DNA from: an uncultured Clostridium sp.
GTDB lineage: Bacteria; Bacillota; Clostridia; TANB77; CAG-508
NCBI GenBank assembly: GCA_947244325.1
Contig: CAMXJY010000003.1
Span: forward strand, 267-64,266
Reading direction: 5' to 3'
Length of the DNA: 64,000 bases
A program made the translations under genes and the position numbers. The notes under the pieces are model-generated. The model did not search any database. It worked only from the letters and a program-made list of their open reading frames with translations, and was not told where the DNA came from. How positions within the stretch are numbered: the stretch's first letter is position 1; each line of letters opens with the position of its first letter. Shown piece by piece: positions 9,129-19,135 of this stretch.

Positions 9129-10313
9129 TTAAGGTAAATATGGCATTGGGTTTACTGGTGAACCTTTTATACGAACTTCAAAATGTAAATGATCTCCTGA
9201 TGAATTTCCTGTACTTCCTACTTTTCCTATAACTTGACCTTGTTTAACTGTATCTCCTGGAGAAACAGTTCTTGAGCCTGATAGCATATGTGCATATAAA
9301 GTCATTGTTCCATCATGATGATTTATTACAATATATTCTCCATAACTTTTATATTGACCTCTTAAATTTCTCATCGCTGTTGACGTTACTACAGTTCCAT
9401 CTTTTACTGCTATTACACTTTTTCCTTTTACATTTATATTTATATCTACACCTGTATGTGTTGCATATGAAGGATAATTAGGATTATTTATATTAGACCT
9501 TGTTAGTCCTAAAACAGGAAATATGTATCCACACGCACTAGGTGCTGTAACTGTTTGATTATTATTTTTCTTTGCTTCTTCTGCTGCTATTTTAGCTAAC
9601 TCTGCCTGAATTACTCTTTTATCTTCTTCAAATTCTTCAAGTTGTGCTTGTAGTTCCTTTTCTTCTTCTGTTAAATTTGAAACTAAAGATTGTTTTTGAC
9701 TAACAGATGAAGCAAGAGAATTTTCCTTTACCTTCAAACTTTGCTTATTTTGTTCTATTTCTGATTTTGCTTCTACTAAATAATTTTTTTCTGCTTTAAT
9801 CTTTTCTTGTGTCTCAGTTATTCTATCAAGTAATTCTTCATCAGCTTCTGCTAATTCTTCAATCAAATAATATTTTGAAATTAAATCTGATAGATTTTCA
9901 CATGATAATAACATATCTAAATAAGATGTACTACCACTTTCATATAATGCAACTAATCTTTTATCTAATAATTCTTTTTGAGTTTTATATTTTTCCTCTT
10001 GAGTTACTAAATCATCCTCTTTTATTTTTATTTGAGCTTCTACATCATTAATTCTTCCTTGTAACTGATTAATTTCTCCTTGATATGTAGTAATTTCTGC
10101 ATTCAATTTATCAATTTGGTTTAATGCAGTAGTCATTTTTTCTTTAGTTCCAGCTATTTCCGATTTTATTCCATCTATTTTGCTATCTAAATCATTTTGT
10201 TGCTGATTAAGCTCTGAACTTGTTACAGCATATAGATATGTATAGTTAGATATTAAACAAAAAAGAATAAAAACAATAATTAGTATTTTTACATATTTCT
10301 TTAGTATCTTCAT
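9129..10313 (-). CDS. Peptidoglycan DD-metalloendopeptidase (M23/LytM) with an N-terminal TM and a long coiled-coil, EnvC-like
   Basis: A heptad-rich coiled coil spans roughly residues 35-240. The C-terminal LytM domain has HxxxD...HxH (HTGVDI...GDHLHFEV). Confidence 0.8.
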   Translation of the reverse strand: MKILKKYVKILIIVFILFCLISNYTYLYAVTSSELNQQQNDLDSKIDGIKSEIAGTKEKMTTALNQIDKLNAEITTYQGEINQLQGRINDVEAQIKIKEDDLVTQEEKYKTQKELLDKRLVALYESGSTSYLDMLLSCENLSDLISKYYLIEELAEADEELLDRITETQEKIKAEKNYLVEAKSEIEQNKQSLKVKENSLASSVSQKQSLVSNLTEEEKELQAQLEEFEEDKRVIQAELAKIAAEEAKKNNNQTVTAPSACGYIFPVLGLTRSNINNPNYPSYATHTGVDININVKGKSVIAVKDGTVVTSTAMRNLRGQYKSYGEYIVINHHDGTMTLYAHMLSGSRTVSPGDTVKQGQVIGKVGSTGNSSGDHLHFEVRIKGSPVNPMPYLP

Positions 10314-10453
10314 ATTTTTCTCCCTTAAAGTTTCTATATATTTTATTATATAAATTAGACATGTACCATATTACTTCTAAATCTTACAATTATATATTAC
10401 CATATATTGTAAAAAAGTTTCAATATTTTTATATAATAATCTAAAATAGGATT

Positions 10454-12007
10454 TTACACAAAAACATTTATTATTTGGCATAATACAGGAAATTGCATTA
10501 ATATAGCTCCTGTAATCAAATATTTTTTATCTGTTTCTAATCTAGTTTTATTAAAAGCAAAAATCATTAATGCTACTACTGGTATAAAATATCTTCCCTG
10601 TATTCCAAGTATAATTTCATTTCCAATTTTTCCAATTCCAGCTAGTGATGTCCATTGAATATATATAGCAGTTATAATTAATAGGCTTGTACCAAACATT
10701 ATTAGCATAGTCCAAACTTTTCTTAAAGTATTTATTTCTAATGCTTTTGAATCTTCATTTACAAATAATGACATTAATAGACAAATACTTACAATATATG
10801 AAACTATTGGATATATAGTAGTTTTCGCATGACACATTAGCTCATCACCTGTACAAAGTTGATATATATACTGCGCTCCTTTTTGAGTTAAAGTTCTCAT
10901 AATTATCATACAATACTCCAAAGGATTACTTAGAATAAATTTCAACTGCTCAGTTGATGAAGCATTTGAATTTACTAAATTCATACTTCCTATAACAAGC
11001 CATGAAAGTCCTACTATAACACTTAAAGCAATTGTTATAATAACAAATTTTTTTAACTCTTTTTTATTTTCAAAATTTTCTTCTTTTAAAAGTAAAATAA
11101 TCATTACAAACGGCAAATATACAATTTTGCATAATGCTATCATACAACATAATATAAGCAATAAAAATTTCTCTTTTTTATTTATCTTTTCTTTTAAATA
11201 TACTTTTCTATATATTAAAGCTATAAACAGCGTACATACTGCGTTTGTAACCGTATCTCCTGATATACATACTGCTGAAAATATATTTACAGGGAGCAAA
11301 CAAAGTATTAAAAAAAATGTTTTTTTATTTGGCACAAGTTTTATAGAAATAGCACATAAGACTACCCAAAATATGTATCCTGTAATTCTCCCAAACATTC
11401 CAATAACTATAATATTATCGCTTAAAACTCTACCTACTGTTACCCCTATTACTTGTGGTATATATTGAATAGGAGAATATAATTTTATATTCCAATACTC
11501 TTTTATTAAATCTCTTCTTTCATCTGAATTCATACTAAATGCATCAAATTCATTTATGTAATTTTCATATTTTATTAATATAGAATTTTTATAATCAACT
11601 AGTTTTGAAAATGCTGGTGGAAATGTAGTATCTTCTTGTATATGAATATTAGTATATTTTCTAGATATTTCAAACACTCTTAAAAAATGTGATACTTCAT
11701 CTGTTCCATTTCCAAAAGGTGTTAAAGTAAAATAAAAAATTCCTAAAACACTTGCTAGTATAATAAATTGCTTATATACTTCTAATTTTGTTTTCTTAAA
11801 TATTACTAAAATTCCATCTATAGAAATAGCAATTATTATCATTGTTATTTGCAATATATTTTTTATGTTTTCTTCTGCTTTAAATACTACATTTCTAAAA
11901 TACATTATTATGATTGTTGCAAATAAAAAATAAAAAATTTGAGAAATAATAAATTTTAATTTTTTATTGTTTTCTATTTCTTGTATTTGTGTATTATTTT
12001 GCTCCAT
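10454..12007 (-). CDS. Large polytopic integral membrane protein (517 aa), possibly a glycosyltransferase-like / DUF-type membrane protein
   Basis: It has more than 10 predicted TM segments and no recognisable catalytic motif. The family is uncertain. Confidence 0.45.
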   Translation of the reverse strand: MEQNNTQIQEIENNKKLKFIISQIFYFLFATIIIMYFRNVVFKAEENIKNILQITMIIIAISIDGILVIFKKTKLEVYKQFIILASVLGIFYFTLTPFGNGTDEVSHFLRVFEISRKYTNIHIQEDTTFPPAFSKLVDYKNSILIKYENYINEFDAFSMNSDERRDLIKEYWNIKLYSPIQYIPQVIGVTVGRVLSDNIIVIGMFGRITGYIFWVVLCAISIKLVPNKKTFFLILCLLPVNIFSAVCISGDTVTNAVCTLFIALIYRKVYLKEKINKKEKFLLLILCCMIALCKIVYLPFVMIILLLKEENFENKKELKKFVIITIALSVIVGLSWLVIGSMNLVNSNASSTEQLKFILSNPLEYCMIIMRTLTQKGAQYIYQLCTGDELMCHAKTTIYPIVSYIVSICLLMSLFVNEDSKALEINTLRKVWTMLIMFGTSLLIITAIYIQWTSLAGIGKIGNEIILGIQGRYFIPVVALMIFAFNKTRLETDKKYLITGAILMQFPVLCQIINVFV

Positions 12008-12186
12008 ATATTTTTCTCCTTTTAGTTTTTATATTTGTACATATATAAGATTCTAAAAACTTCAAAATGGTTTCATTATTTTTAATTTTTTTTGATTTTT
12101 TTAAATTTTTTTCTTTCAATATATAGTTGTTATAAAAACTAAAAAGGTTACAAATTTTATATAATTTTTCTATTTTACTCATTGTT

Positions 12187-12250
12187 CTGTAATTTTTTAT
12201 AAATTACAGAAAAAAGACATTACTATTTATTTTAGTAATGCCTTTTTATT
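12187..12250. terminator. Tandem hairpins with a T-run; terminator for the aminopeptidase gene
   Basis: The first stem is CTGTAATTT / AAATTACAG. The second is CATTACTA / TAGTAATG and is followed by CCTTTTTATTT. A-runs on the other side make it bidirectional. Confidence 0.6.
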
Positions 12251-12259
12251 TACTTTATT

Positions 12260-13669
12260 CTAATCTTGATAAAATGCTGTATATCCTTTGTAAGCTTGGT
12301 AAATATCAAATTTACTTGTAACTTCATAAGGTGAATGCATTCCCATAACTGGTACACCAATATCTAATACATCCATTCCTCTATTTGCAAGTGTTAAGGC
12401 TATTGTACCTCCTCCACCTTTGTCAACTTTTCCAAGTTCACATGATTGATGTCTAGCTCCTACACTATCAAATATTCTTCTAATTTCAGCAACAAATTCA
12501 ACTGGTGCTTCAGATGCTCCTGATTTTCCTCTTGAACCTGTATATTTCACTACTGATACACCTTTTCCAAAAAATCCTGTGTTTTTCTTTTCAAATGTTC
12601 CTGAAAAGTTTGGATTATATGCTGCATCAACATCTGCTGATATAGCTTTTGAATTTGAAAAAGTTTTTTGTAATGAACTTGCTTTTTCATTTCCTGTTTT
12701 TTCTAAAATTTCTAGTATAAATGTATCAAATATTTTTGATTCCATTCCACTAACACCATTAAATCCTACTTCTTCTTTATCAGTTATTATACATACTGCT
12801 GTTTTCTTTGGCATATCTACATTTAATAATGCTCTTAATGATGTATAACAACATACTTTATCATCTTGACCATATCCTGCTACCATACTATAATCAAGTC
12901 CCATGCTTTTTGCTTTAAATGCTGGTACTAATTCTATTTCTGAACTTGTAAAATCTATTTCTGTTATACCATATGTTTCATTTAATAATTTTAATATATT
13001 TAATTTTACTTTTTCTGATACATCATCACAGTTATATGGAATACTTCCAACTAAAACATTTAATTCTTCTCCTTGAACACCATCTTTTAGTTTTCTTTCC
13101 ATTTGTTCCTGTGCTAAATGTGGTAATAAATCACAAATAGTAAATATAGGATCTTCTTCTTTTTCTCCTATACAAATATTTATTTTTTCTCCATCTGGTT
13201 TTACTACAACTCCATGCATGCTAAGAGGAATATTAGTCCATTGATATTTTTTTATTCCACCATAGTAATGTGTTTTTAGCATTCCAAGTTCTGAATCTTC
13301 ATATAATGGATTTTGTTTTAAATCTATTCTTGGAGAATCTCCATGTGCTGCTACTACTTTTAATCCACTCTCAACGCTATCTTTTCCTATTACAGCTGCA
13401 TATAAACATCTTCCTCTATTTACATAGAATACTTTATCTCCTGGTACTAAAACATCCTTTTCTGAGATATCTACATATCCATTTTTAAGTAAAATTTCTT
13501 TTGAATTTTGAACTATTTCTTTTTCTGTTTTTGATGTATTTAAATAATACATATATTCATCAGCAAACTGAAATATGTTTTTTAATTCTTCATCACTTTG
13601 ATTAAACCATCCATTCTTTTTTGAATCAAATAATTTTTCTTTTAAATTTTTTCCTTCTGTATTTTCCAT
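12260..13669 (-). CDS. apeA: M18-family aminopeptidase (aspartyl/glutamyl aminopeptidase-like)
   Basis: AHGDSP matches the AHTDSP metal-binding motif. The C-terminal MGMHSPYE matches the M18 MHSxxE motif. Length is about 470 aa. Confidence 0.65.
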   Translation of the reverse strand: MENTEGKNLKEKLFDSKKNGWFNQSDEELKNIFQFADEYMYYLNTSKTEKEIVQNSKEILLKNGYVDISEKDVLVPGDKVFYVNRGRCLYAAVIGKDSVESGLKVVAAHGDSPRIDLKQNPLYEDSELGMLKTHYYGGIKKYQWTNIPLSMHGVVVKPDGEKINICIGEKEEDPIFTICDLLPHLAQEQMERKLKDGVQGEELNVLVGSIPYNCDDVSEKVKLNILKLLNETYGITEIDFTSSEIELVPAFKAKSMGLDYSMVAGYGQDDKVCCYTSLRALLNVDMPKKTAVCIITDKEEVGFNGVSGMESKIFDTFILEILEKTGNEKASSLQKTFSNSKAISADVDAAYNPNFSGTFEKKNTGFFGKGVSVVKYTGSRGKSGASEAPVEFVAEIRRIFDSVGARHQSCELGKVDKGGGGTIALTLANRGMDVLDIGVPVMGMHSPYEVTSKFDIYQAYKGYTAFYQD

Positions 13670-13715
13670 TTACTTTGTTTACCACCTTTCATTTTCTTAT
13701 GTATATTATTCGCTT

Positions 13716-15014
13716 TTATATAATTTCTATTATATTTTTCTTTTTTATTTTTTTATTTCCAAATTTATATGCTTCTCTTATTTTTTCTACACATTTATCT
13801 ACTTTTTCTGGAGAGTTTCCATGTACATATGCTAAAACATCTCCACTTTTTACTTCATCGCCAATCTTCTTTTCAAAAGTAATTCCAACTCTTGAATCAA
13901 TGCTATCTTCTTTATTAATTCTACCTATTCCAAGTTCTACTCCTGCTTTGCCAACTTTTCCTGCATCTAGCTCTATCACTAATCCATTTTCTTCTGATAA
14001 TACTGGAGCTATGATTGGTGCTCTTTCAAATTTTTCTATATTTTCTATATAACTTACATCTCCATTTTGTTTTTCAACTAATTCTTTAAATTTTTCTAAA
14101 GCTTTTCCATTTTCAATTACTTCCATTATTTTAGCTTTATTTTCATTCATATTTGGATATTTTCCTGAAAGCTTCATCATTTGCATTGCTAAATTCAATA
14201 TAACTTCTTTTACATCATCAGCCATATCTCCTTTTAATGCATTTATTGCTTCAATTACTTCCAAACTATTTCCAACTGCATATCCTAACGGTTCATCCAT
14301 ATTTGTTAGCACACATACAGTTTCTCTACCTGCATTTTTACCTATAAGAGACATTAATTTTGCAAGTTTCTTTGCCTCTTCTTTATCTGGCATAAAAGCA
14401 CCTTTTCCACAAGTTACATCTAAAACTATTGCATTTGCTCCTGCTGCTATTTTTTTACTCATTATACTAGATGCAATAAGTGGCATACTATTTGTACAAC
14501 TAATTGTATCTCTTAAAGCATATATTTTTTTATCTGCTGGAGCTAAATTTAATGTTTGTCCCATTAAACTTATTCCAATATCTTTTACATTTTGTTTAAA
14601 ACTTTTTATATCTATATTAACATTATATCCTGGTATTGATTCTAGTTTATCAATTGTTCCTCCTGTTATTCCTAAACCTCTTCCACTCATTTTAGCAACA
14701 GGAATTCCAAGACTTGCTATTATTGGCATCACAATTAGAGTTACTTTATCTCCAACTCCTCCTGTAGAATGCTTATCAACAATATGTTCTGATATATCAC
14801 TTAAATCTAACATATCGCCTGAGTTTGCCATCGATACTGTTAAATTCAATATTTCATCTTGTGTCATACCATTTATACATATTGCCATTATTAAAGCCGC
14901 TGCTTGATAATCTGTTATTTCGTCTTTAGTATATTTTTCGACAAAATAATCAATTTCTTCTTTCGATAATTCATATCCATTTTTTTTATTTTCAATAATA
15001 TCTAAAATATTCAT
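13716..15014 (-). CDS. pdp: Pyrimidine-nucleoside (thymidine) phosphorylase, paralog 2
   Basis: It carries DKHSTGGVGDK...GRGLGITGGTIDKLESIPGY. Length is 432 aa. Confidence 0.85.
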   Translation of the reverse strand: MNILDIIENKKNGYELSKEEIDYFVEKYTKDEITDYQAAALIMAICINGMTQDEILNLTVSMANSGDMLDLSDISEHIVDKHSTGGVGDKVTLIVMPIIASLGIPVAKMSGRGLGITGGTIDKLESIPGYNVNIDIKSFKQNVKDIGISLMGQTLNLAPADKKIYALRDTISCTNSMPLIASSIMSKKIAAGANAIVLDVTCGKGAFMPDKEEAKKLAKLMSLIGKNAGRETVCVLTNMDEPLGYAVGNSLEVIEAINALKGDMADDVKEVILNLAMQMMKLSGKYPNMNENKAKIMEVIENGKALEKFKELVEKQNGDVSYIENIEKFERAPIIAPVLSEENGLVIELDAGKVGKAGVELGIGRINKEDSIDSRVGITFEKKIGDEVKSGDVLAYVHGNSPEKVDKCVEKIREAYKFGNKKIKKKNIIEII

Positions 15015-15055
15015 ATATATCCTTTATTTAACGGATTCAAGTATTCTTGATTCTC

Positions 15056-16369
15056 TTATTTAACAATTTCAAGTATTCTTGAATTAAAGTTTATTCTTTT
15101 ATTTGTTATTTTAAAAGCTTCTTTTAAGTTTTGTGTTGTTCCATTTATTTTTGTATCTTCATCAGTATGGATATAAGCTAAAGTTTCTCCAACTGTAACT
15201 TGATCACCAATTTTTTTGTTTAAAGTTATTCCTGCTGTTCTATTAATTTTTCCTTCATCTTTCATTCTTCCAGCACCTAAATAAACAGCTATACTTCCAA
15301 CAATATCAGCATCAATTTCTTCTACTGTACCTGTTTCTGTTGATAAAACTGGCATTATATATTTTGATCTTTCAAATAATTCTGGATCTTCAATATATTC
15401 TGTATCTCCACCTTGAGCAGCTATCATTTCTTTAAATTTCTCAAAAGCTGCTCCACTTCTTATTGTTTCTTTAATCATTTTAGCATTTGCATCTAAATCT
15501 TTATTATCTGTTGCTAAAGCTATCATTATACTTCCTAAAGCTTCAACAACATTTCCTAAATCTTCTGATATTATTCCTCTTAATGCCATTATTGTTTCTT
15601 TCATTTCAAGATTATGACCTACAGATGTTCCTAAAGGTTGGTTCATTGTAGTTATTACACATGCTACTTCTTTATCTAAATCTTTTCCAAGTTTAACTAA
15701 TAATTTTGAAAGTCTTTTTGCTTCTTCCTTTGTTTCAATATAAGTTCCTTTTCCAGAAGTTATATCAAAAACAATTTTATTACTTCCTGTTGCAAGTTTT
15801 AAACTCATTAAACTAGCTGCAATAATTGGCAAACTATTCTCACAAGCTACTTCATTTCTTAATTTATACATTTTTCCTTCTGCTGGTGCTAAATTAAGAC
15901 CTTGATTCATAATACAAACATTATTATCTTTTATATTTTGTTTAAATTCTTCTGTTGATAAATCAGCTCTAAATCCTGGTATTGATTCTAATTTGTCAAT
16001 AGTACCTCCTGAGATACCATATCCTCTACTAGATATTTTTGCAACAGGTATACCTAATGAAGCAAGAATTGGCATTAATAGAATTGTTGCTTTATCTCCA
16101 ATTCCTCCTGTACTATGCTTGTCAACTATATTAGATGCAATATCTGACAAGTCAATCATATCACCAGATTCAGCCATAGATACACTTAAATTTAATATTT
16201 CTTCTTCTGTAAGCCCATTAATATAAATGTAACTCATTAGTGCTGCTGCTTGTGCTTCTGATATTTCTCCTTTGTTTAATTTTCCGACGAAATATTTCAT
16301 CTCATCTTTGGTTAATTCCTCTTTTAACCTTTTTTTGCGAATAATACTTTTGATATCCATTATTTTCAT
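15056..16369 (-). CDS. pdp: Pyrimidine-nucleoside (thymidine) phosphorylase, paralog 1
   Basis: It carries DKHSTGGIGDK...SRGYGISGGTIDKLESIPGF. It sits in tandem with the paralog at 13716-15014. Confidence 0.85.
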   Translation of the reverse strand: MKIMDIKSIIRKKRLKEELTKDEMKYFVGKLNKGEISEAQAAALMSYIYINGLTEEEILNLSVSMAESGDMIDLSDIASNIVDKHSTGGIGDKATILLMPILASLGIPVAKISSRGYGISGGTIDKLESIPGFRADLSTEEFKQNIKDNNVCIMNQGLNLAPAEGKMYKLRNEVACENSLPIIAASLMSLKLATGSNKIVFDITSGKGTYIETKEEAKRLSKLLVKLGKDLDKEVACVITTMNQPLGTSVGHNLEMKETIMALRGIISEDLGNVVEALGSIMIALATDNKDLDANAKMIKETIRSGAAFEKFKEMIAAQGGDTEYIEDPELFERSKYIMPVLSTETGTVEEIDADIVGSIAVYLGAGRMKDEGKINRTAGITLNKKIGDQVTVGETLAYIHTDEDTKINGTTQNLKEAFKITNKRINFNSRILEIVK

Positions 16370-16394
16370 CCTTTCTTATGTATATTATTATTTA

Positions 16395-17021
16395 TCAAAC
16401 AAAATTTTTAATAAACGTTTTCCTGTGTAATACGCATGGTCCATTTTCTTTTATTATGCGTATATGTTCTGCTGTCCCATATCCTTTATGTTTAGAAAAT
16501 CCATATATTGGATATACTTCATCCCATTGTCTCATTATTCTATCCCTTGTAACTTTAGCAATTATTGATGCAGCTGCTATACAGTAATTTTTAGCATCTC
16601 CCTTTACTACTGATATATAAGGAATTCCTAAGGTATCCATATTATTTAATGCATCTACCATTATTACATCTGGTTTCTGCTTTAATCCTTCTAGTGCTAA
16701 TTTTACACCTAATTTTGTTGCATTTAAAATATTTATTTCGTCAATAGTCTTTTGATCAACAATTCCAACACTATATGCAATTGCCTCACTAGTTATTATA
16801 TCATATAATTTTTCTCTCTTCTTTTCAGAAACTTTTTTTGAATCATTAACTCCTTCAATAAAAGAATCTTCTGGAAGAATAACAGCTCCAACAACAACTG
16901 GTCCAGCGAGTGGCCCTCTTCCTGCCTCATCAATTCCACATATATATGTTATATTTTTTTCATATAACTTTTTTTCTTCTTCTTTTAAAAGAGTTAATCT
17001 TTCAATTTCTTTTTCTTTCAT
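16395..17021 (-). CDS. rnhB: Ribonuclease HII
   Basis: GIDEAGRGPLAGPVV, DSKK and the C-terminal GYGTAEH motifs are present. Length is 208 aa. Confidence 0.9.
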   Translation of the reverse strand: MKEKEIERLTLLKEEEKKLYEKNITYICGIDEAGRGPLAGPVVVGAVILPEDSFIEGVNDSKKVSEKKREKLYDIITSEAIAYSVGIVDQKTIDEINILNATKLGVKLALEGLKQKPDVIMVDALNNMDTLGIPYISVVKGDAKNYCIAAASIIAKVTRDRIMRQWDEVYPIYGFSKHKGYGTAEHIRIIKENGPCVLHRKTFIKNFV

Positions 17022-17343
17022 TTTTTCTCTTTCTTTTAATTTAATAAATTTGTCAAGTATGCCTATAAAAATTATAATACCTATATAAAACAGTTAATAT
17101 AGGATAAATTACGAATAATTTTTTCTATATTTTGTTAAAATATATTAAATTTTTAAGATTATTTTAATTATATAACGATATTATATCTATATGAAGAAAA
17201 TATTTCAAGAACAAATATCAAAAATATAACATTTTTGAGAAAATTTGTTCAAATGCTAAATTTTCTCATATATTTCTATTGTAACTGAATATTTTTTGAG
17301 TTATTATGTATTCAAGTCACAATTTATGTGGAGGTAATAAAAA

Positions 17344-18648
17344 ATGGATAATGAAAATGATTTTAATATTAGTACTGACAACTCTTTTAAGAAGAGTAAA
17401 GTAAAATATTCTTCTGGAGGAGGATTTGGAAAAAATGTATTTGTACCATTTGTTTCAGGAATTGCTGGTGCAACATTAGTAATAGGTACATGCTTTGGAG
17501 TTCCATCAGTAAAATCTAAACTTTTACAAACTTCAAATTCAGGAATTGCTCCTGTTTCTGCAAGTTCATCTGATTCTAATAAAACTACAAATTTAGTAAA
17601 TATTGCTAATTATTCAGATACATCAACTGCGGTTGCTGAAAAAGTTTTGCCATCTGTTGTTGGTATAACAGTTAACTATCAAATTAGTTCAATTTTTGGT
17701 GGTAGTTCAAAAGGTGAAGCAACAGGGTCAGGAATCATAATTTCAGAAGATGGATATATTTTAACTAATAACCATGTAATATCTAGCGAAAGTTCTAGTT
17801 ATTATGCAATTCAAGAAGCTACAGGCATAAAAATAAATTTATATGGTGATGAAACATCTTATGACGCTACAGTTGTTGGAACCGATAGCTATACTGATTT
17901 AGCAGTACTTAAAATAGAAAAAGATGGATTAACTCCTGCTACTTTAGGAGATTCATCACAAGTAAAGGTTGGAGAATTTGTTATGGCAGTTGGAAATCCA
18001 TTAGGAATGGATTATTCTGTAACTGGTGGAATTGTAAGTGCTGTTAATAGAGAAGTTGAAAGTGATGGTACTGTTTATTATGCAATTCAAACAGATGCTG
18101 CTATAAACTCTGGTAACAGCGGTGGTGCTTTAGTAAATGCAAATGGAGAAGTAATTGGTATTAATACTTTAAAACTTGCTGGAACAGGAATTGAAGGTGT
18201 TGGATTTGCTATTCCTATATCTTCTACTACATCTATTGTTAATCAATTAATTGAATTTAAAACTGTAAAAAGACCTTTTATAGGTATTAGTGGTTCTTCA
18301 GTTGATAAAACTACTTCTGAAAGATATAACATTCCATTAGGAATTTATGTTGAAAGTGTTGAAAAAGATTCTCCAGCAGAAAAAGCAGGATTACAAAAAG
18401 CAGATATTATAACCAAAATTGAAGGTAAAGAAGTAAAATCAGTTAATGAATTAAATAAAATTAAATATACTTATAATATTGGAGATACTGTAAAACTAAC
18501 AGTTGTAAGAAATAATGAAGAAATGGAAGTTTCAATACTTCTAGCTGAAACTCCAGAACAAACTGAAAGCACTCAAAATAATACACCTCAAGCTCCTTCT
18601 CAAACACCTAACAATGGAAGTTCTTCAATATTTGATTTATTTAGATAA
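17344..18648 (+). CDS. htrA: HtrA/DegP-family serine protease with an N-terminal TM and a C-terminal PDZ domain
   Basis: The S1C catalytic triad context is present (TNNHV, DLAVLK, GNSGGALVN). The PDZ region reads GIYVESVEKDSPAEKAGL. Confidence 0.85.
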   Translation: MDNENDFNISTDNSFKKSKVKYSSGGGFGKNVFVPFVSGIAGATLVIGTCFGVPSVKSKLLQTSNSGIAPVSASSSDSNKTTNLVNIANYSDTSTAVAEKVLPSVVGITVNYQISSIFGGSSKGEATGSGIIISEDGYILTNNHVISSESSSYYAIQEATGIKINLYGDETSYDATVVGTDSYTDLAVLKIEKDGLTPATLGDSSQVKVGEFVMAVGNPLGMDYSVTGGIVSAVNREVESDGTVYYAIQTDAAINSGNSGGALVNANGEVIGINTLKLAGTGIEGVGFAIPISSTTSIVNQLIEFKTVKRPFIGISGSSVDKTTSERYNIPLGIYVESVEKDSPAEKAGLQKADIITKIEGKEVKSVNELNKIKYTYNIGDTVKLTVVRNNEEMEVSILLAETPEQTESTQNNTPQAPSQTPNNGSSSIFDLFR

Positions 18649-18665
18649 AATTGTATATAACAATG

Positions 18666-18708
18666 ATGGACGATATTTAATGTATAAAAACTACACTAAA
18701 TCGTCCAT
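18666..18708. repeat. Imperfect palindromic intergenic element, copy A (ATGGACGAT...ATCGTCCAT)
   Basis: A 9-bp perfect inverted repeat has a 25-nt loop. It shares the GGACGATATTTAAT core and the downstream TTGTTCT with the copy at 24089-24137. Confidence 0.5.
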
Positions 18709-18769
18709 TTAATTGTTCTATGAATTACAAAACAAGTTTCTTAAATTATATAATAAAAAGGTGCGAAAT

Positions 18770-19045
18770 ATGATAAAATTATGTTCTAAGAAAAATAAAA
18801 AAATTTTCTTTAAAATTCTCATAATAATATTTATTGTATGGAATTCAATTTTTCTTATAGATTATTTTAGAGTAAAAAATGATAAATTACCAATATTTTG
18901 CTTTAAATTAGCTGGCCTGCAAGACGGAGGTACAATATATTATATAGGAATTGGATATAAAGTTATAGATTTTCATACTATAGAAAGTCTATCATCACCT
19001 ATTATTGAAAAAAAAATATATATGTCGTTGGAGTACAACTTATGA
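18770..19045 (+). CDS. Small membrane protein, hypothetical. The probable start is MIKLCSKK (about 92 aa); the track ORF begins at 18713
   Basis: The RBS AAAGGTG sits 6 nt before the internal ATG. There is a single TM helix and a downstream terminator. Confidence 0.4.
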   Translation: MIKLCSKKNKKIFFKILIIIFIVWNSIFLIDYFRVKNDKLPIFCFKLAGLQDGGTIYYIGIGYKVIDFHTIESLSSPIIEKKIYMSLEYNL

Positions 19046-19069
19046 AAAAGCACTAGAAAAAGTAAAAGA

Positions 19070-19108
19070 AAAAATGTGAGTCTTTAGCATAGTCTCACAT
19101 TTTTTCTT
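19070..19108. terminator. Bidirectional rho-independent terminator between convergent genes
   Basis: The stem TGTGAG..CTCACA is flanked by A6 upstream and T6 downstream. Confidence 0.6.
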
Positions 19109-19135
19109 TTAACAATAATCATCTTAATTTGATAT

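Noticed and set aside
11994-12182. 62-aa ORF overlapping the start of the large membrane protein gene
   Set aside because: It is a short lysine-rich ORF in an intergenic or promoter region with no RBS. It is likely spurious.
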